64,000 nucleotides of DNA. It comes from an uncultured cyanobacterium. Lineage in GTDB: Bacteria; Cyanobacteriota; Cyanobacteriia; Cyanobacteriales; CAWCAG01. Each line of letters starts with the position of its first letter. The first letter of the stretch is position 1. Shown one piece after another: positions 18,339 to 28,614 of this stretch. The DNA is taken from NCBI GenBank assembly GCA_963793425.1, contig CAWCAG010000005.1, forward strand, positions 1,525,178 through 1,589,177. The letters run 5' to 3'. The notes beneath the pieces are model-generated. The model was not told where the DNA came from. It was given only the letters and a program-made list of their open reading frames with translations, and did no database searches. Both the position numbers and the translations under genes were made by a program.

Positions 18339-18593
18339 GAATTCTTTACAAGCAATCGAGCGAAAGGGACAAAGATTATTTCTCAGTTAGGAGTCGAAGT
18401 ATTAACAAAATTACCAATACTTGTAATTACCTAATCTTCTTGTAAATTAACACAAATAAAAAATCAAGGAAACTACTTAGAAAAAAGTTCGGCCATTATG
18501 CTTAATTTTTACGACAAATGTAGTAAGTAAAAGGCTATCTATTTAACTCAAATTAACTAGATTAATCATTAAATTTGCTTAAGAATAATATCT

Positions 18594-20519
18594 ATGGTGA
18601 AAAGTTCAATACTTTTACAATCTAGTTTTCTCTCTTTAACTTTGACAAGTATTTTTCTCTCTTCAAAGGTAACTGCTTTTCCTGATAGCCAAAACCATTG
18701 GGCGGCCGAATGTATCAAAGTGATGTCAGAGAGGAACTTAGTTACAGGCTACCCAGATGGCAGTTTCCGCCCCCAAGGAACTATCACTAGAACCGAGTTT
18801 GCGGTGTTAATGTTGAATGCTTTTCCTAATGCCCCCATCAAAAGAAATAAAACTACTTTCCGGGATGTACCGAGTAATTACTGGGGTTTTCAAGCTATTC
18901 AAAATGCCTACCAAAGAGCATTTTTCACTGGCTATCCTGGAGGTATTTTTCAGCCTAACCAACCTATTCCTAGAGTTCAAGCAATTGCTGTTTTAGCTGA
19001 TGCTATAGATTACCCCAAACCTAGCAATGCTAATAGTATTTTGAACCAGTACTATCAAGATGCGGCACAAATTCCTAGCTATGCCCATTCTGTCATAGCT
19101 GCTGCATCCCTAAACAATCTTGTAGTTAATTATCCCCAGGTTCATCGACTAAATCCTAATCTTAGGACTACAAGGGGAGAGGTGGCTGCTTTATTATGTC
19201 GCGGCTTGCATATAGATACTATTCCGCCTCAATATATTGCTGGTATTGTTGCCAAACCTCAGCAAGTACGCCCTTTGCCAGGAAAACTAAATAATGTTCC
19301 GGTTTTTAATAGTAATAGTCCTGAATTAGTACGTACAGAAGGTATCCTCCTTTCTACCTTTCCTCCTACAAATAAAAGCTATCCTAATGCCCATCTTAAC
19401 TATGCCTTTCAAGGACGTTTTGATATCTTTTCTCACCACATTGCTAGGGCAGAAACTGCTTCTCAAACCCATCCTTTATATCAAGGTATTCTGCTTCATA
19501 ACCCAAGCAACCAAGCTATTACTGTGGAAATTTTGCAAGCAGCAAGTTATTTAAGTAATCCCGATGCACCTTTTGTTTCCTTACCTGATTTAGCAGATAA
19601 TTCCCAAGGAGATGTTTTTTCTGGCCCAGGAGGTAGAGTTATGGGAGATATTTTACGAGGGGTTCGTCAAAGAGAATTTCCTGAGCAAATTACTATCCCC
19701 CCAACAGAAAGCAGAATCTTATTAAACCAAGCAATTCCTGTTAACCGCGCTCCGGCTTCTAACGGACGTTCAACTATGATTAGGCTGCGTAGTAATGGTA
19801 TAATTCATGTTGCTAATTTAGCGAAAAAAGCTCCTCGTAATAACAACGGAACTTACCGCCCTCCTACCTTAAGTGAATGGGAACAAATGGTCACAACAGC
19901 AGATTTGGCTGGGCCAAGAGATAGTATACCTACTCCCCTCAATCCTCCTAAACATCCTACAGTTTTTGGTCGGGTAGCCGGTGTATCTCAAGGTTCTCAG
20001 TGGAAAGGAAGAATCACAGATGAAAATGCTAGTAATCTTGCTATTCCTACTCCAGGAAACAGAATTTCTTTTGTACTAGGAACTCTCCATTTAATTACTT
20101 TAGGAACGGGACAAATTCAAAGCGCACCAATGCTTGAACGTTATGCCGATACAGCTTATTTTGCTCATAGTAATTATGGAGTAGAATACAACTTAGTTCT
20201 ACCTTTAAAAAATAATACTAATCAACAACAAATAATAAATATATCTTTGCAAACTCCTGTTAAAGACGAAGGAGATACAGAAAGATTATTATTCACTAAT
20301 CCTCAAGATGAAAGAATATTTTTCCGGGGTACAGTTAAAGTAACTCATCAAAATGAAGCTAGTTATGTTCATTTAGTACAAAGAAGAGGACAGCAAGGAG
20401 AACCTTTATTAACTTTAAATCTACTTCCTAATGAAACCAAGGAGGTGCAAGTAGATTTTATTTATCCTCCTGATGTTACCCCGCCTCAAGTTTTGACTAT
20501 TAAAACTTTATCTCATTAA
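18594..20519 (+). CDS. SLH-domain protein with a large conserved C-terminal domain (possibly DUF3370-type)
   Basis: 641-aa ORF with a signal peptide and three SLH-like repeats (HWAAECIKVMSERNLVTGYPDGSFRPQGTITRTEFAVLM...). The C-terminal family name is from memory only. Confidence 0.8.
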   Translation: MVKSSILLQSSFLSLTLTSIFLSSKVTAFPDSQNHWAAECIKVMSERNLVTGYPDGSFRPQGTITRTEFAVLMLNAFPNAPIKRNKTTFRDVPSNYWGFQAIQNAYQRAFFTGYPGGIFQPNQPIPRVQAIAVLADAIDYPKPSNANSILNQYYQDAAQIPSYAHSVIAAASLNNLVVNYPQVHRLNPNLRTTRGEVAALLCRGLHIDTIPPQYIAGIVAKPQQVRPLPGKLNNVPVFNSNSPELVRTEGILLSTFPPTNKSYPNAHLNYAFQGRFDIFSHHIARAETASQTHPLYQGILLHNPSNQAITVEILQAASYLSNPDAPFVSLPDLADNSQGDVFSGPGGRVMGDILRGVRQREFPEQITIPPTESRILLNQAIPVNRAPASNGRSTMIRLRSNGIIHVANLAKKAPRNNNGTYRPPTLSEWEQMVTTADLAGPRDSIPTPLNPPKHPTVFGRVAGVSQGSQWKGRITDENASNLAIPTPGNRISFVLGTLHLITLGTGQIQSAPMLERYADTAYFAHSNYGVEYNLVLPLKNNTNQQQIINISLQTPVKDEGDTERLLFTNPQDERIFFRGTVKVTHQNEASYVHLVQRRGQQGEPLLTLNLLPNETKEVQVDFIYPPDVTPPQVLTIKTLSH

Positions 20520-20833
20520 AGTCACCAAAACCATAAATAGCTTTTGTGAATATAGAGAATGCTTAGTCTGACTTGAGATAGATAAAAAATACTCAAGAAT
20601 AAAAACTTACTACTTAAAAAGTCATAATAATATTTCTCTAGACGGAAGATAGTTAATCAAACCTTAACTTATAATGAATTGTTAAAGCCCGTCTACATTT
20701 TTTAGAAAATTGAAGATTCTCTATAAATGTTTTTAGATAGGCTGAGTTGAGAAAAATAGATATTCTATTACATAGCTAATAAAATATCTATTTTTCAAAT
20801 GCTTTTCAAGTAAGTCTGAGGAGTCATAAAAGA

Positions 20834-21637
20834 ATGTCCCAATTAATTAAAAATACTTTACTCTGGCGCAATTTACGTAAAGGTGCGCTAGCTTTCGCTT
20901 TAGTAGGTTTACTTCTTCCTGCTGCTTGTACCGACACTGAAACAGTAGAGGAAGCAGAAATAGAAGAACAAGAAGAAGAAAACGTTACCGCAGAAGACGT
21001 TACCGAGAATACAGGGGATCTTATTGGTCAAACTGTAACCGTTAGAAGCGACGTTGAAGCTGTTGGGGAACAGAGTTTCCTCATGAGTGATGAAAAACTA
21101 TTTAGCGGCGAAACGATTTTAGTTATTAATGCCACAGGGGAAATTTTTACAGTTCCCACCGATGGTACAGAAGTTCAGGTGACTGGGGAAGTTAGGGAGT
21201 TTATTTTAGCAGATATAGAAGAAGAATTTGCTGACTTTGAGTGGAACCCAGAAGTTTACGAAGATTATGAAAAAAAAGCGGTTATCATCGCTGAATCTCT
21301 CGCCGAAGCGCCAGATACAGATGAATTAACTGATAACCCTGAAGAATATTATGGAGAAGTTGTAGCAGTACAAGGGGATGTTGAAGAGGTTCTTAGTGAC
21401 AATACTTTTGTAACTGATGATGGCTTACTTGTGGTTGTTTTAGAGACGGAAGGAGTCTTGACAGAAGGAGAAGAGGTAGCAATGACAGGGGAACTTAAGG
21501 AGTTTGTCGTTGCTGATATAGAAAAAGACTATGATCTAACCTGGGATTTAGATGTTAAAGAAAAAATTGAAGCCGAGTATGAAACTAAACCAGTGTTGAT
21601 TGCTAAGAAAGTTTATCCTTCTGCGGTAGAAGAGTAA
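20834..21637 (+). CDS. highly acidic lipoprotein with an internal tandem duplication
   Basis: 267-aa ORF with a lipobox-like LLLPAAC. Two ~100-aa repeats (…IGQTVTVRSDVEAV…VQVTGEVREFILADIEEEF… and …YGEVVAVQGDVEEV…VAMTGELKEFVVADIEKDY…). Confidence 0.75.
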   Translation: MSQLIKNTLLWRNLRKGALAFALVGLLLPAACTDTETVEEAEIEEQEEENVTAEDVTENTGDLIGQTVTVRSDVEAVGEQSFLMSDEKLFSGETILVINATGEIFTVPTDGTEVQVTGEVREFILADIEEEFADFEWNPEVYEDYEKKAVIIAESLAEAPDTDELTDNPEEYYGEVVAVQGDVEEVLSDNTFVTDDGLLVVVLETEGVLTEGEEVAMTGELKEFVVADIEKDYDLTWDLDVKEKIEAEYETKPVLIAKKVYPSAVEE

Positions 21638-21656
21638 CCTGCCATAAATAATTAAT

Positions 21657-21698
21657 CAAAAGCGGGGATACGATATTAATATTGCGTCCCCGCTTTTT
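21657..21698. terminator. bidirectional terminator between the acidic lipoprotein gene and cphA
   Basis: aaaa-agcgggga (21661-21668) ... tccccgct (21687-21694) followed by ttttt. The loop contains the palindrome atattaatat. Confidence 0.8.
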
Positions 21699-21705
21699 GA
21701 TTTGA

Positions 21706-24354
21706 CTAAACTTCTACAGGTTGAGAAGCATTACTTTCTACAGATTCCCTTTCTTTAATTAAAGCGATCGCCCCACCAACGCTTTCTGGCAAAATCACCA
21801 CTAAACCCCCTTCTGTCACCTTATCTAAGCCCACTTTAATGGCTTCAGCTTCATTGAGAATTGTCAAACAATCAGAATCAGGTTTCTTGGCGCGAATTCC
21901 TTTCACAATCAAATCAGCTACTTCACCCCGCCCCCTGCCCCTAGTATCTTCATCTTCTTTAACAATAATCTGATCAAAAAACTCTGCTGAGAGTTCCCCC
22001 AAGGCGATTAAGTCTTCATCTCGGCGATCTCCAGGGCCACCCACTACCCCTATACATTCTCCTTCCCAGTTACAGACAAAACTTCCTAAAGCAGCATAAC
22101 TCGCGGGGTTATGGGCATAATCTATCAAAGCATGACCTTTCTCTAGGGTAAAGAGATTCATTCGACCGGGAGTTTGACCCACAGAAGGGGCAAAAGTTCT
22201 TACTCCTTGGCGAATAGATTCTATTTCCACTCCTTGGGTATAAGCGGCTAAACAAGCAGCTAAGGCGTTAGCAATCATAAAAGGAGCCATTCCCCCCATA
22301 GTAATGGGAATATTAGCTGCCCGTTCAATATGTACAGTCCAGTCTCCAGAAAGGAGAGAGAGGTAGCCATTTTCATAAATAGCAGCCAAGCCCCCTTCTT
22401 TTGTATGCTCCTGTACCAAAGGGTTGTTGGGGTTCATGGAAAAATAAGCTACCTTCGCTTCCACCTGTCCCGCCATATCTGCTACTAAAGGGTCATCGGC
22501 GTTGAGAATAGCATAACCTTCCGGTCGTACCGCTTCTACCACCACGCTTTTAAGGCGGGCTAATTGTTCTATGGTATCAATATCTCCAATACCCAAATGA
22601 TCTGCGGCGACATTTAAAACTAAACCAATATCACAAAATTCAAAAGCTAAGCCGGAACGCAAGATCCCCCCACGGGCCGTTTCTAACACCGCCACCTCAA
22701 CAGTAGGGTCTTTAAGAATCACCAGAGCGCTTTGAGGCCCTGTGGTATCCCCTTTTTCCACTAAATGCCCATCAATATAAATACCATCGGTGGTGGTGTA
22801 ACCAACTACCTGCCCCGTTTGGCCATAGATATGGGCAATGAGACGGGTTGTAGTGGTTTTACCGTTAGTACCAGTGATAGAAATGATGGGAATACGGCTA
22901 GGAGTTCCTTTAGGAAAAAGCATCTCCAAAACCGGGGCCGCCACATTGCGAGGCAAACCCTTACTAGGAGAAACGTGCATCCTAAACCCAGGGGCCGCGT
23001 TAACCTCAACCACAACCCCAGATACTTCTCTTAAAGGTTTGGTGATATCTGGGGTAACCACATCTATCCCGGCAATATCTAAGCCAATTACCTTCGCAAC
23101 CCTTTCTGCTAGCCAAATATTCTCAGGATGAATATCATCGGTACGATCTACAGCAATACCACCAGTGCTTAAATTAGCGGTGGCTCTAAGATAAACAATC
23201 TTTCCTGGCTCTAAGATCGTATCAAGGTTATAGCCTTGGCGCTGTAAAACATCCGTAGCGGTTTTATCTAAAGTTATCCTAGTCAGAACATTATCATGAC
23301 CATCCCCTCTATCGGGATCACGGTTGGTTTGGTCAATCAGTTGTTGAATAGTTAACTCACCATCACCAATTACATGGGCAGGGACTCGCTCTGCTACCGC
23401 CACAAGCTTACCATCAATGAGCAAAATACGATGGTCGCTACCCCGGTAAAAACGCTCGACAATTACCCCACGAGTCTTAGCTTCTTGGCTAGCAAAATCG
23501 TAAGCTTGTTCTGCTTCTGACCAATCTTTAATATCAATGGTGATACCTCTACCGTGATTGCCATCAAGAGGCTTAATCACAATGGGATAACCCCCTAAAT
23601 CTTCAACGGCTTCTTCGAGTTCATTGAAGTAAGAAATAACCGTGCCGTTGGGTACAGGAATGCCGGCATCCCTCAAGATAGTTTTAGTTCCTTCCTTATC
23701 ACAAGCTAGTTCTACCCCTAAGATACTGGAATAGTCACTTAAGGTCGCTTGAATACGTTTTTGGTGGACTCCGTAACCTAATTGCAGCATGGCACGGGCG
23801 TTAAGGCGAAGCCAGGGAATTTTGCGGGCTTCGGCTTCCCTAACAATAGTTTCTGTACTAGGGCCGAGGGCAGAACTTTTAGCGAGATTTTCCAGATCGT
23901 CTAAATCTTGATCTAGCTCTCTAGCGGGATAAGTCCCTGCATTAATGATACTTTGACACAATCTCACGGCGGCTCTACCTGCGTAGCGCCCTGCTTGTTC
24001 ATCAAGATATTCAAAAACGACTTGATAAACTCCTGATGTACCCGTTTCCCTGGTACGACCAAAACCCACAGGCATACCTGCTAGTTCTTGCAGTTCGAGG
24101 GCTACGTGTTCGATGATGTGACCCATCATCGTTCCTTCTTGAACTCTACTGAGGAATCCTCCTCGACAGCCTGGAGAACAGTGATGTTCTACCAAACTAG
24201 GTAATACTTCAATAAGTCCTTCGTAGAAGCCCTGAATTTGATTAGAAGGCTTCTCCGCAAGCTCTTCTAAGTCTAAGCGGAGGATGATTAATTTATGCCG
24301 TCGAATGCTCCAATAATTGGGGCCGCGTAAGGTCTGGGTTTTCAGAATTCTCAT
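21706..24354 (-). CDS. cphA: cyanophycin synthetase
   Basis: The ORF track gives 905 aa from 24423. The conserved N-terminus starts at the internal Met, MRILKTQTLRGPNYWS (start 24354). It has an ATP-grasp region plus a Mur-ligase-like region (ITGTNGKTTTTRLIAHI). Confidence 0.95.
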   Translation of the reverse strand: MRILKTQTLRGPNYWSIRRHKLIILRLDLEELAEKPSNQIQGFYEGLIEVLPSLVEHHCSPGCRGGFLSRVQEGTMMGHIIEHVALELQELAGMPVGFGRTRETGTSGVYQVVFEYLDEQAGRYAGRAAVRLCQSIINAGTYPARELDQDLDDLENLAKSSALGPSTETIVREAEARKIPWLRLNARAMLQLGYGVHQKRIQATLSDYSSILGVELACDKEGTKTILRDAGIPVPNGTVISYFNELEEAVEDLGGYPIVIKPLDGNHGRGITIDIKDWSEAEQAYDFASQEAKTRGVIVERFYRGSDHRILLIDGKLVAVAERVPAHVIGDGELTIQQLIDQTNRDPDRGDGHDNVLTRITLDKTATDVLQRQGYNLDTILEPGKIVYLRATANLSTGGIAVDRTDDIHPENIWLAERVAKVIGLDIAGIDVVTPDITKPLREVSGVVVEVNAAPGFRMHVSPSKGLPRNVAAPVLEMLFPKGTPSRIPIISITGTNGKTTTTRLIAHIYGQTGQVVGYTTTDGIYIDGHLVEKGDTTGPQSALVILKDPTVEVAVLETARGGILRSGLAFEFCDIGLVLNVAADHLGIGDIDTIEQLARLKSVVVEAVRPEGYAILNADDPLVADMAGQVEAKVAYFSMNPNNPLVQEHTKEGGLAAIYENGYLSLLSGDWTVHIERAANIPITMGGMAPFMIANALAACLAAYTQGVEIESIRQGVRTFAPSVGQTPGRMNLFTLEKGHALIDYAHNPASYAALGSFVCNWEGECIGVVGGPGDRRDEDLIALGELSAEFFDQIIVKEDEDTRGRGRGEVADLIVKGIRAKKPDSDCLTILNEAEAIKVGLDKVTEGGLVVILPESVGGAIALIKERESVESNASQPVEV

Positions 24355-24575
24355 AATGATTGTAAAGTCGGACTTCGGAAGCACCAAGAAGCCATATGTT
24401 ATATCATAAGTTTCTCGCTTCAAAAAGCAATTAAACTGTTACTGATGAACGGTTTTTCAGTTATCAGTGTGAGGGCAGCCTATTTTTAAGATGTTAAGGG
24501 AGATTATTAGTCATTAGGCCACCCTAGATTATCAGTCGGGGGAATGAAAATGTAAACCTGCTGAGGATAGTAGTT

Positions 24576-25442
24576 TTAATCAGAAGACATGATTTGGCGA
24601 GATTCAACTTGATAGCGATCGCCATGACAGAGAATGTGCAGACGTAAGTTATGAATATTAAGGGGATCAGCAGTCCCCACCTTACTTTGGTTGGTATAAG
24701 ATAAGCACAAGGGATCTACGATGGTTACTGTTCCCTTACCAATAACCCGTAATATTCCATCTTTTTCAAAAACAGCACAAGTATCTTCATCAATACCGAT
24801 TCCTAAAAGATTAGGGTACATAGCAACAGCGCTAAGCAAGCGGGCCATGCGATTGCGATTGTGAAAATGTTGATCAACAATCACATCGGGGATCATGCTC
24901 AACCCTGTTGCCATATCTACTAAAGAGCGATTAGGAGACTCGCCACTGCCCCCTCCAGCAATCATACGATGCCCCATAACCGCAGCTCCCGCACTGGTTC
25001 CAGCCAAGGTTACTTCCCCTAGCTGAACTCTTTGACGTACTCGTTCGGCGATGGGAGTATCAGCCAACAAACCGCAGAGTCTAAGCTGATCTCCTCCGGT
25101 CATAAAAACCCCGGTACACTCTTCAATATATTCTTTGTAGCTGCGGTCATCTCCTTGTTGGCGATCGCGGATATCCAAGACTTTTATTTGTTTGGCTCCC
25201 ATATCTTCAAAGATACGTTCGTAGCGACCACCTGTGAGGGCTGGTTCCCTAGAAGCTGAGGGAATAATAGCGATTATGGACTCCGAACCACCTGCCCGCT
25301 TAAAAAAGTGGTGAAGAATTTCTCGCCCATGGACTTTATCTTCTGCCCCACCAATCACCAAGATGGCAGTTTTTGTTGATAGAGGCATCTTGGTTTCTGA
25401 CATTTGAGACTCCAGTTGCAACATAAGCTGGCTTTTTAACAT
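24576..25442 (-). CDS. cphB: cyanophycinase (S51 peptidase)
   Basis: 288-aa ORF with ILVIGGAEDK, FMTGGDQLRL and LAGTSAGAAVMG (catalytic Ser). It lies upstream of cphA on the same strand. The true start may be a downstream Met. Confidence 0.93.
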   Translation of the reverse strand: MLKSQLMLQLESQMSETKMPLSTKTAILVIGGAEDKVHGREILHHFFKRAGGSESIIAIIPSASREPALTGGRYERIFEDMGAKQIKVLDIRDRQQGDDRSYKEYIEECTGVFMTGGDQLRLCGLLADTPIAERVRQRVQLGEVTLAGTSAGAAVMGHRMIAGGGSGESPNRSLVDMATGLSMIPDVIVDQHFHNRNRMARLLSAVAMYPNLLGIGIDEDTCAVFEKDGILRVIGKGTVTIVDPLCLSYTNQSKVGTADPLNIHNLRLHILCHGDRYQVESRQIMSSD

Positions 25443-25636
25443 AGGGAAAATTAATATTCATTTTTGCTGGCTTACCCGGTGTTTTTGCAAGCAAACACTA
25501 GATAAATTAAAAGAAAAGCAATAACTGATAACCAAGCTAGGTAGTAGAAATAAAGATTATATGATGATGACAATACTTGGGACAATAGGTATCCTTAAGT
25601 GTTAAAGCTTTTAACCGTAATATTTCCATAACTACT

Positions 25637-26326
25637 GTGCGAATTGATGTTATCACTTTGTTTCCTGACTTTTTCTCTTCACCTTTGAGTTCGAGTTTGC
25701 TAGGTAAAGCTTTGGCAAAGCAGATTGCTACTGTTTATTTACACAATCCGAGGGATTTTACTACAGATAAACATAGAAGGGTAGATGATGAACCCTACGG
25801 TGGTGGCGTTGGTATGTTGCTTAAGCCAGAGCCTATTTTTGCGGCTGTGGAATCTTTGCCTGTATTACCTAAACGCGACATTATCTTGCTGACACCCCAA
25901 GGTCAACCCCTAAAGCAAAAGTTGTTGCAAGAATTAGCAACAGATTATGCACAATTGGTATTGCTCTGTGGTCACTATGAGGGAGTGGATGAACGGGTTC
26001 GTAATTTGGTGAGGCGGGAGGTATCTTTAGGGGATTTTGTGCTTACTTGCGGGGAGATCCCTGCTTTAGCTTTGATTAATGGAGTTGTGCGGCTATTACC
26101 AGGGACTGTTGGTAAGGAAGAATCCCTGAAAGCAGAAAGTTTTGAGGAGGGTTTGCTAGATTATCCTCAATATACTAGACCTGCTGTTTTTCGAGGCTGG
26201 GAAGTGCCAGAGGTACTACGTTCAGGAAACCATCAAAAAATCGCTCGTTGGCGCAAAGAAGAGCAAATCAAAAGAACAAAAGAACGCCGTCCTGATTTGT
26301 GGGAGGATGGGAAGCTGGGGAGCTAG
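25637..26326 (+). CDS. trmD: tRNA (guanine37-N1)-methyltransferase
   Basis: 229-aa ORF with a GTG start: MRIDVITLFPDFF, DDEPYGGGVGMLLKPEP, LLCGHYEGVDERV. The last ~5 codons run into a heptamer array. Confidence 0.95.
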   Translation: MRIDVITLFPDFFSSPLSSSLLGKALAKQIATVYLHNPRDFTTDKHRRVDDEPYGGGVGMLLKPEPIFAAVESLPVLPKRDIILLTPQGQPLKQKLLQELATDYAQLVLLCGHYEGVDERVRNLVRREVSLGDFVLTCGEIPALALINGVVRLLPGTVGKEESLKAESFEEGLLDYPQYTRPAVFRGWEVPEVLRSGNHQKIARWRKEEQIKRTKERRPDLWEDGKLGS

Positions 26327-26350
26327 GGAGAAAACTATTAGCCATTAGCA
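26315..26350. repeat. composite heptamer block (…GGGAGCT AGGGAGA AAACTATTAGCCATTAGCA)
   Basis: About 36 nt, near-identical (~5 mismatches by eye) to 27099-27134. The two copies bracket the ABC ATPase gene. Confidence 0.75.
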
Positions 26351-26355
26351 TTAAA

Positions 26356-27084
26356 TCAGTTTGCTACTGCCACCTTAAGCATTTCCTCTGGAGTGAGGTT
26401 GTGGTGAACCACCTTACCATCAAGAAACCAGACGATACGTTGGGTTAAACGGGCTACTTCCGGCTCGTGTGTGACCATGATAACAGTCATGCCGCTATTG
26501 TTTAACTCAGCGAAGATATCCATTACTTCGCGGGTGGTGTGGGAATCTAAAGCCCCTGTGGGTTCATCGGCGAGAAGGATAACAGGTTGGTTAACGATGG
26601 CACGGGCGATCGCAACTCTTTGTTGTTGCCCGCCGGAGAGTTGGTTGGGTTTATTATTGAGGCGACTTGATAAACCCACCCTAGTTAAGGCAACTATGGC
26701 GCGATCACGCCTTTCTTGGCTAGAAACTCCAGCATATAACATCGGTAAGATGACATTATCTAAAGCTGTCATTTGAGGTAAGAGATGAAATTGTTGGAAG
26801 ACAAAGCCAATTTTGAGGTTACGGATTTTAGCTAACTCTGATTCTGGCAAAATGGAAACATCAAGATTATCAAGATGGTAACTTCCTGAAGTGGGGCGAT
26901 CTAAACAACCAATGGTGTTCATGGCCGTAGATTTTCCGGAACCAGAAGCCCCCATTATTGAGCAATATTCCCCCCTTTCTACTGTTAAATTAACTTCAGA
27001 AAGAGCGCGCACTTCAGCGTTACCGCTACCGTAAATTTTAGAAATATTCTCTAAACGAACAATCTTTTTCTTTTCATTTAACAT
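26356..27084 (-). CDS. ABC transporter ATP-binding protein (MacB/LolD/DevA-like), no permease gene adjacent
   Basis: 242-aa ORF: GASGSGKST Walker A, LSGGQQQRVAIARA signature, ILLADEPTGALD Walker B. Confidence 0.9.
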   Translation of the reverse strand: MLNEKKKIVRLENISKIYGSGNAEVRALSEVNLTVERGEYCSIMGASGSGKSTAMNTIGCLDRPTSGSYHLDNLDVSILPESELAKIRNLKIGFVFQQFHLLPQMTALDNVILPMLYAGVSSQERRDRAIVALTRVGLSSRLNNKPNQLSGGQQQRVAIARAIVNQPVILLADEPTGALDSHTTREVMDIFAELNNSGMTVIMVTHEPEVARLTQRIVWFLDGKVVHHNLTPEEMLKVAVAN

Positions 27085-27090
27085 TTAAGG

Positions 27091-27155
27091 AGTGGGGAGT
27101 AGGGAGCTGGGGAGAAAACTATTAGCAATTAGCAATTAGCAATTAGCAACTAGCG
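27091..27155. repeat. heptamer arrays (AGTGGGG-type x3, then ATTAGCA x4 plus variants)
   Basis: agtgggg agtaggg agctggg gagaaaact attagca attagca attagca attagca actagcg. This fills the whole 72-nt spacer between the kinase gene and the ABC ATPase gene. Confidence 0.9.
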
Positions 27156-27156
27156 A

Positions 27157-28614
27157 TTAACCATTTTCCAATTCTTGTAGCAAATCTTCAGCAATTTGAT
27201 ACCATTGTTCACGGTACTGTCTATCTTTCTCTTCTCCAGTTAAAGTATAATCTTTTAATTGCGGGTTTTGAGAGTAAAAAGTTTCGTTAACTTGGTCGTA
27301 GAAAGCTTTCTCTTCAATATCAATCTTGTTAAGACGACTAATAATTTTTGCTTGCCTTTCTTGTTCTGTTGAACTGACATTTTCATCTGGCTGGGTGGGC
27401 AAAGATTCTTCTTGAGTAGTAGAAGCAAAAGGCCAGGGAATGAGGGCGAATACTTGTTTAATGCCCCAAGTACCAAGACTAATTAGTAAGGCAATGCCAA
27501 TGCCGAAAGAGATAATTTTTAATACTCCCTCACTACCCAGATTTTTGTTTAAAGCATTGCTTCCTCCTTGATTAATTTGGCGAAAAGAAGTTAAAGAAGT
27601 TAGCATCGTCTTTAAAGGGCGGGCTGGGGCAACAACCACAGTACGAAGCTTGGAAACAGCTTGATTGAAAACGCCATGATTATGATTGCTAGAAGCAGCA
27701 GGAGAAATAGTAGTTGGTGCAGCAGTTGTTGGAGCCTGGTAAGTTTTTTGCTGGGGTAAAGAACCAGGGGTATTGTTATTTCTTAAAGCTTCTAAAGCTT
27801 CTTCTGCTGAGGAATAGCGATCGCGAGGGCGATAGGCTAACATTTTAGTTAGAAATTCTCGGAAACCAGCGCTAACATTAATAGTTTGTAAGTTCCAAGT
27901 AGCATTGGCACTTTCGTAAAGATCCTCAGGTTCTCGGTTAGTTAAAAGTACTAATATGGTTGCCCCCAAAGCATAGAGATCACTACTAGGAGAAATCTCA
28001 CCAAACTGCATTTGTTCTTCTGGGGCATAACCATCTTTACCAATAATTGTTCCCAATGGCTGTTGATGATTAGCTGAACCAGCACTCATGGCTACCTGCT
28101 TAACAGAACCAAAATCAATCAAAATTGGTAACTTATCTTTGCTGCGTAAAATAATGTTATCAGGAGAAATATCGCGATGAATGACATTTTGACGGTGGAT
28201 ATATTGCAACACCGGAAGCAGCTTAAACAGCAATTGAATCAGATCAGCTTCACTAAAGCGCTTACCGGCTTTTAAAAGTTGAGAGTAGGTTTGTCCTTCA
28301 ATATAATCTTGCACCAAAAACAAAGATTCTTGCTTACCAATGTTTACCTTGAGCATTTCGCGGAAACAAGGTATTTGAGAATGATTAAGTTGGTAAAGCA
28401 TTCCTGCTTCCCTCTCAAACAATTCCTTAGCTTTATGCCATTCCTGACTATTCTGGACTTGAGGTACAAACTCTTTGAGGACACAAGACTCATGAAAACG
28501 ATTCGTATTCTCTGCCAAATAAGTTCTGCCGAACCCTCCCTGTCCTAATTCCCGTACAATACAGTAACGATTCTCTATAATTGAGCCAGGACTAAGCGCA
28601 GAGGAAGTATACAT
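27157..28614 (-). CDS. Hanks-type Ser/Thr protein kinase with TM segment and C-terminal extracytoplasmic tail
   Basis: 485-aa ORF: GQGGFGRTYLA, HRDISPDNIIL, DFGSVK, GYAPEE, a TM helix (ISFGIGIALLISLGTWGI), then a ~90-aa acidic helical tail. Confidence 0.9.
   Translation of the reverse strand: MYTSSALSPGSIIENRYCIVRELGQGGFGRTYLAENTNRFHESCVLKEFVPQVQNSQEWHKAKELFEREAGMLYQLNHSQIPCFREMLKVNIGKQESLFLVQDYIEGQTYSQLLKAGKRFSEADLIQLLFKLLPVLQYIHRQNVIHRDISPDNIILRSKDKLPILIDFGSVKQVAMSAGSANHQQPLGTIIGKDGYAPEEQMQFGEISPSSDLYALGATILVLLTNREPEDLYESANATWNLQTINVSAGFREFLTKMLAYRPRDRYSSAEEALEALRNNNTPGSLPQQKTYQAPTTAAPTTISPAASSNHNHGVFNQAVSKLRTVVVAPARPLKTMLTSLTSFRQINQGGSNALNKNLGSEGVLKIISFGIGIALLISLGTWGIKQVFALIPWPFASTTQEESLPTQPDENVSSTEQERQAKIISRLNKIDIEEKAFYDQVNETFYSQNPQLKDYTLTGEEKDRQYREQWYQIAEDLLQELENG

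Noticed and set aside
22765-23131. Three overlapping ORFs (89, 69 and 97 aa) lie on both strands inside cphA.
   Set aside because: They lie entirely within the well-supported cyanophycin synthetase frame in a locally GC-richer stretch. Their Arg/Gly/Pro-rich composition is typical of off-frame translation.
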